A stretch of DNA of 10,104 nt from an uncultured Methanomicrobiaceae archaeon (GTDB lineage: Archaea; Halobacteriota; Methanomicrobia; Methanomicrobiales; Methanoculleaceae): NCBI GenBank assembly GCA_963826525.1, contig CAWGXH010000012.1, forward strand, positions 1 through 10,104, read 5' to 3'. Shown here piece by piece: positions 8,480 to 10,104 of the stretch. How positions within the stretch are numbered: the stretch's first letter is position 1; the number at the start of each line of letters is the position of its first letter. The notes beneath the pieces were generated by a model. That model made no database searches, had not been told where the DNA came from, and worked only from the letters and a program-made list of their open reading frames with translations. The translations under genes were made by a program, and so were the position numbers.

Positions 8480-8911
8480 TTAGTCCTGATAGACCGTCCC
8501 GATCCTGTAGTATCGCCCGGCATACTCGAAATACTTCCTCGTGCCGGTCGTGCTGTCGATGATATACCAATCGATGGTCGTCTGCGTAATCTTTTCAGGA
8601 TACTCCACCTCGCCCACCCGGCGCAGGTCGCCTTCGGCATACGGCCGGCCCGGCCGATCGTGCCCGCTTCCGAGCAGCACCTCTTCCAGCACGGGATATT
8701 CCCGAATGTTCTGCTCGTCAAGATGGACAATCGTGCCGTTCCGGGCTTTCTGGTCGGTGACCTCGAAGACCTGGAGCCGATCGGGCGGCACGGTCAGGGA
8801 CAGGAGATAGGGAAAAGCGGCAACGCAGATTAACGGGAGGATTACCAGTGACAACAGTACCAGAATGAGTCGCTTGTGCCGGTGCACCGTCGCAGGGAGT
8901 GAGTGTATCAT
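8480..8911 (-). CDS. Single-TM anchored protein, 143 aa
   Basis: Part of ORF 8480..9079 from ATG 8911 (MIHSLP...RHKRLILVLLSLVILPLICVAAFPYLL). Soluble domain with NGTIVHLDEQNIREYPVLEE and terminal KYFEYAGRYY, a pattern I recall from methanogen and haloarchaeal hypothetical proteins. Confidence 0.78.
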   Translation of the reverse strand: MIHSLPATVHRHKRLILVLLSLVILPLICVAAFPYLLSLTVPPDRLQVFEVTDQKARNGTIVHLDEQNIREYPVLEEVLLGSGHDRPGRPYAEGDLRRVGEVEYPEKITQTTIDWYIIDSTTGTRKYFEYAGRYYRIGTVYQD

Positions 8912-9026
8912 GCTTTGACCTTCGACCGGCCAGTCGGAGAGAGCCGGACATATACCGGTTCCGAAGTCTCTCCCTGCTGTCGGTTCCTCCATACTCGATC
9001 CGCTCCTGCAGATGGCTTTCCGTGCA

Positions 9027-9776
9027 TTACGGTGCACCCTTTCTGCGATACCTTCGGACGAGGTAATATCCTCCTGCAAGCACGATCAACGCCCCCAAAG
9101 CATACCACAGAAGCACGGGTTTATAGGCCACGCTGATCGCGGACGCGGCCCCGGAATACGTCGCCGCTTCTCCTATAGTAGGCCGATCGGGCTCTGCTAC
9201 CCTGCCAGACTCTTCAGCCGGTTCATCGGGATTCTCTTTGTAATAGGCTTCACGTAAGATCAGCTCGACCGTCTCAAGAACTTCATTCTCCTGCTCGGTC
9301 AGGGATATATTCCGGACGGTTGAGGCAAACCGAATCTGGGTGATTGTTCCACCATATGTCGGATATCCTGACCCTCCTTCCTGCGTCCGGGTGACGACGG
9401 GATACTTCTCCCATATATCCCGGAGACGGTCTTTTACGTCCTTCAGTTGATCTGCCGCTACAGAATAATCGCCGTCCGGCGCTGCGATGACGGCATCGAG
9501 AGAGCCTATTATCTCTTCTTTTCTCACTTCATCCGTCGTCAGCAGGATCCAGGTACCGGCGTAGCGTTTTTAATGGAAGGATCGTAGGAGATAACATCGA
9601 CAGGCACGTATCCTTCGACGTCGGTATTCGGGTCGGCCTGTATCATCGCAGGGCTGCCGTCCGGTTCCTGCAGTCCGCTCACTTCGGCAGCACCCACCGC
9701 CGATATCAGAATACCCCACAGCAGAAGCGTCAGCAGAATTGCAGATGAGACTCCACCCCAGCCATTTTGCTTTCAC
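9027..9776 (-). CDS. Secreted protein with C-terminal TM anchor, about 248 aa; frameshifts near 9766-9773 and 9552-9557
   Basis: GAGGT RBS and GTG at 9776. Repaired reading: MK..GWGGVSSAILLTLLLWGILISAVGAAEVSG...EGYVPVDVISYDPSIKNATP(YW)ILLTTDEVRKEEIIGSLD...LRDIWEKYPV...LTEQENEVLE...PVLLWYALGALIVLAGGYYLVRRYRRKGAP. It has a signal peptide at the N-terminus and a TM plus basic tail at the C-terminus. Confidence 0.78.
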
Positions 9777-9940
9777 GTTCTCTACCTCTGTTTCCAAGTA
9801 TCCGGGAGGCACTGTGCAGCGCCTTTGCGGTCAAGGGCCATGCCTTCGGGCATGCAGGAAGCGTCATCCGGGGATGGGCAGTCCCGGATCTTTTACAGAC
9901 ACCGCTCTGAAGCACTCAAGAAATAACCTGAACCCGGATC

Positions 9941-9957
9941 TATTTATAAATTCTGTC
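9941..9957 (-). promoter_or_regulatory. Archaeal TATA box with BRE-like element
   Basis: Minus strand GACAGAA-TTTATAAA-TA. Consensus TTTATAAA at 9943-9950, upstream of the first complete gene of the block. Confidence 0.6.
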
Positions 9958-10057
9958 CGGTTTCTCTACGTATCCACCTGATTTTTACAAAAGCGAAGGG
10001 AACGAACCCTTCCTGAGAGGGAAAAGCACAGGAGAGAACCAGTTTCACGGCAACGGC

Positions 10058-10067
10058 AAAAAGAAGA
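10058..10067 (-). terminator. Candidate T-rich archaeal terminator
   Basis: Minus strand TCTTCTTTTT, about 10 nt after the TAA at 10077-10079. Confidence 0.35.
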
Positions 10068-10076
10068 CTTCCGGGT

Positions 10077-10104
10077 TTACGCCTCCCCGATCTCCCTGAT
10101 AATG
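10077..10104 (-). CDS. Possible 3' end of an upstream gene (...IIREIGEA*)
   Basis: Short open frame entering from the window edge, ending in TAA and followed by a T-tract. Too short to identify. Confidence 0.3.

Noticed and set aside
373-9773. Programmed frameshifting or phase variation
   Set aside because: The runs are only 2-4 nt, there are no slippery heptamers or long SSRs, and the shifts go in both directions.
4-9981. Plus-strand ORFs (e.g. 484..1164, 926..1642, 6100..7134)
   Set aside because: They are antisense shadows of GC-rich minus-strand genes, with Arg/Pro/Ser-rich or otherwise non-protein-like composition and no recognisable motifs.
1-10104. CRISPR array, tRNA/rRNA, transposase or integrase
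   Set aside because: I saw no regularly spaced direct repeats, cloverleaf or recombinase motifs by eye.

Overview
GC-rich archaeal DNA, most like Methanomicrobiales (Methanoculleus-type); the taxonomy is inferred from recalled protein families and TATA/RBS style, not from a search. The window is one co-oriented minus-strand block of about 14 genes, all predicted membrane, secreted or lipoproteins, with no recognisable cytoplasmic enzyme, regulator, RNA gene or mobile element. The ORF track is misleading. Eight genes are broken at about 11 sites by 1-2 nt indels, mostly in short homopolymers and probably long-read errors, and I rejoined them by hand. The repaired set includes two UPF0228-like proteins (one fused behind a secreted prodomain-like region), a Yip1-family protein, a beta-propeller lipoprotein, a small lipoprotein, a full and a truncated paralogue of an 'ITGLSG...VPxPA' family, and a secreted protein with a C-terminal anchor. 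The best lead, which is speculative, is a modular cell-surface island of enzyme-less prodomain-like proteins and coupled membrane-protein/UPF0228 pairs, with strand-specific hairpins between the units.
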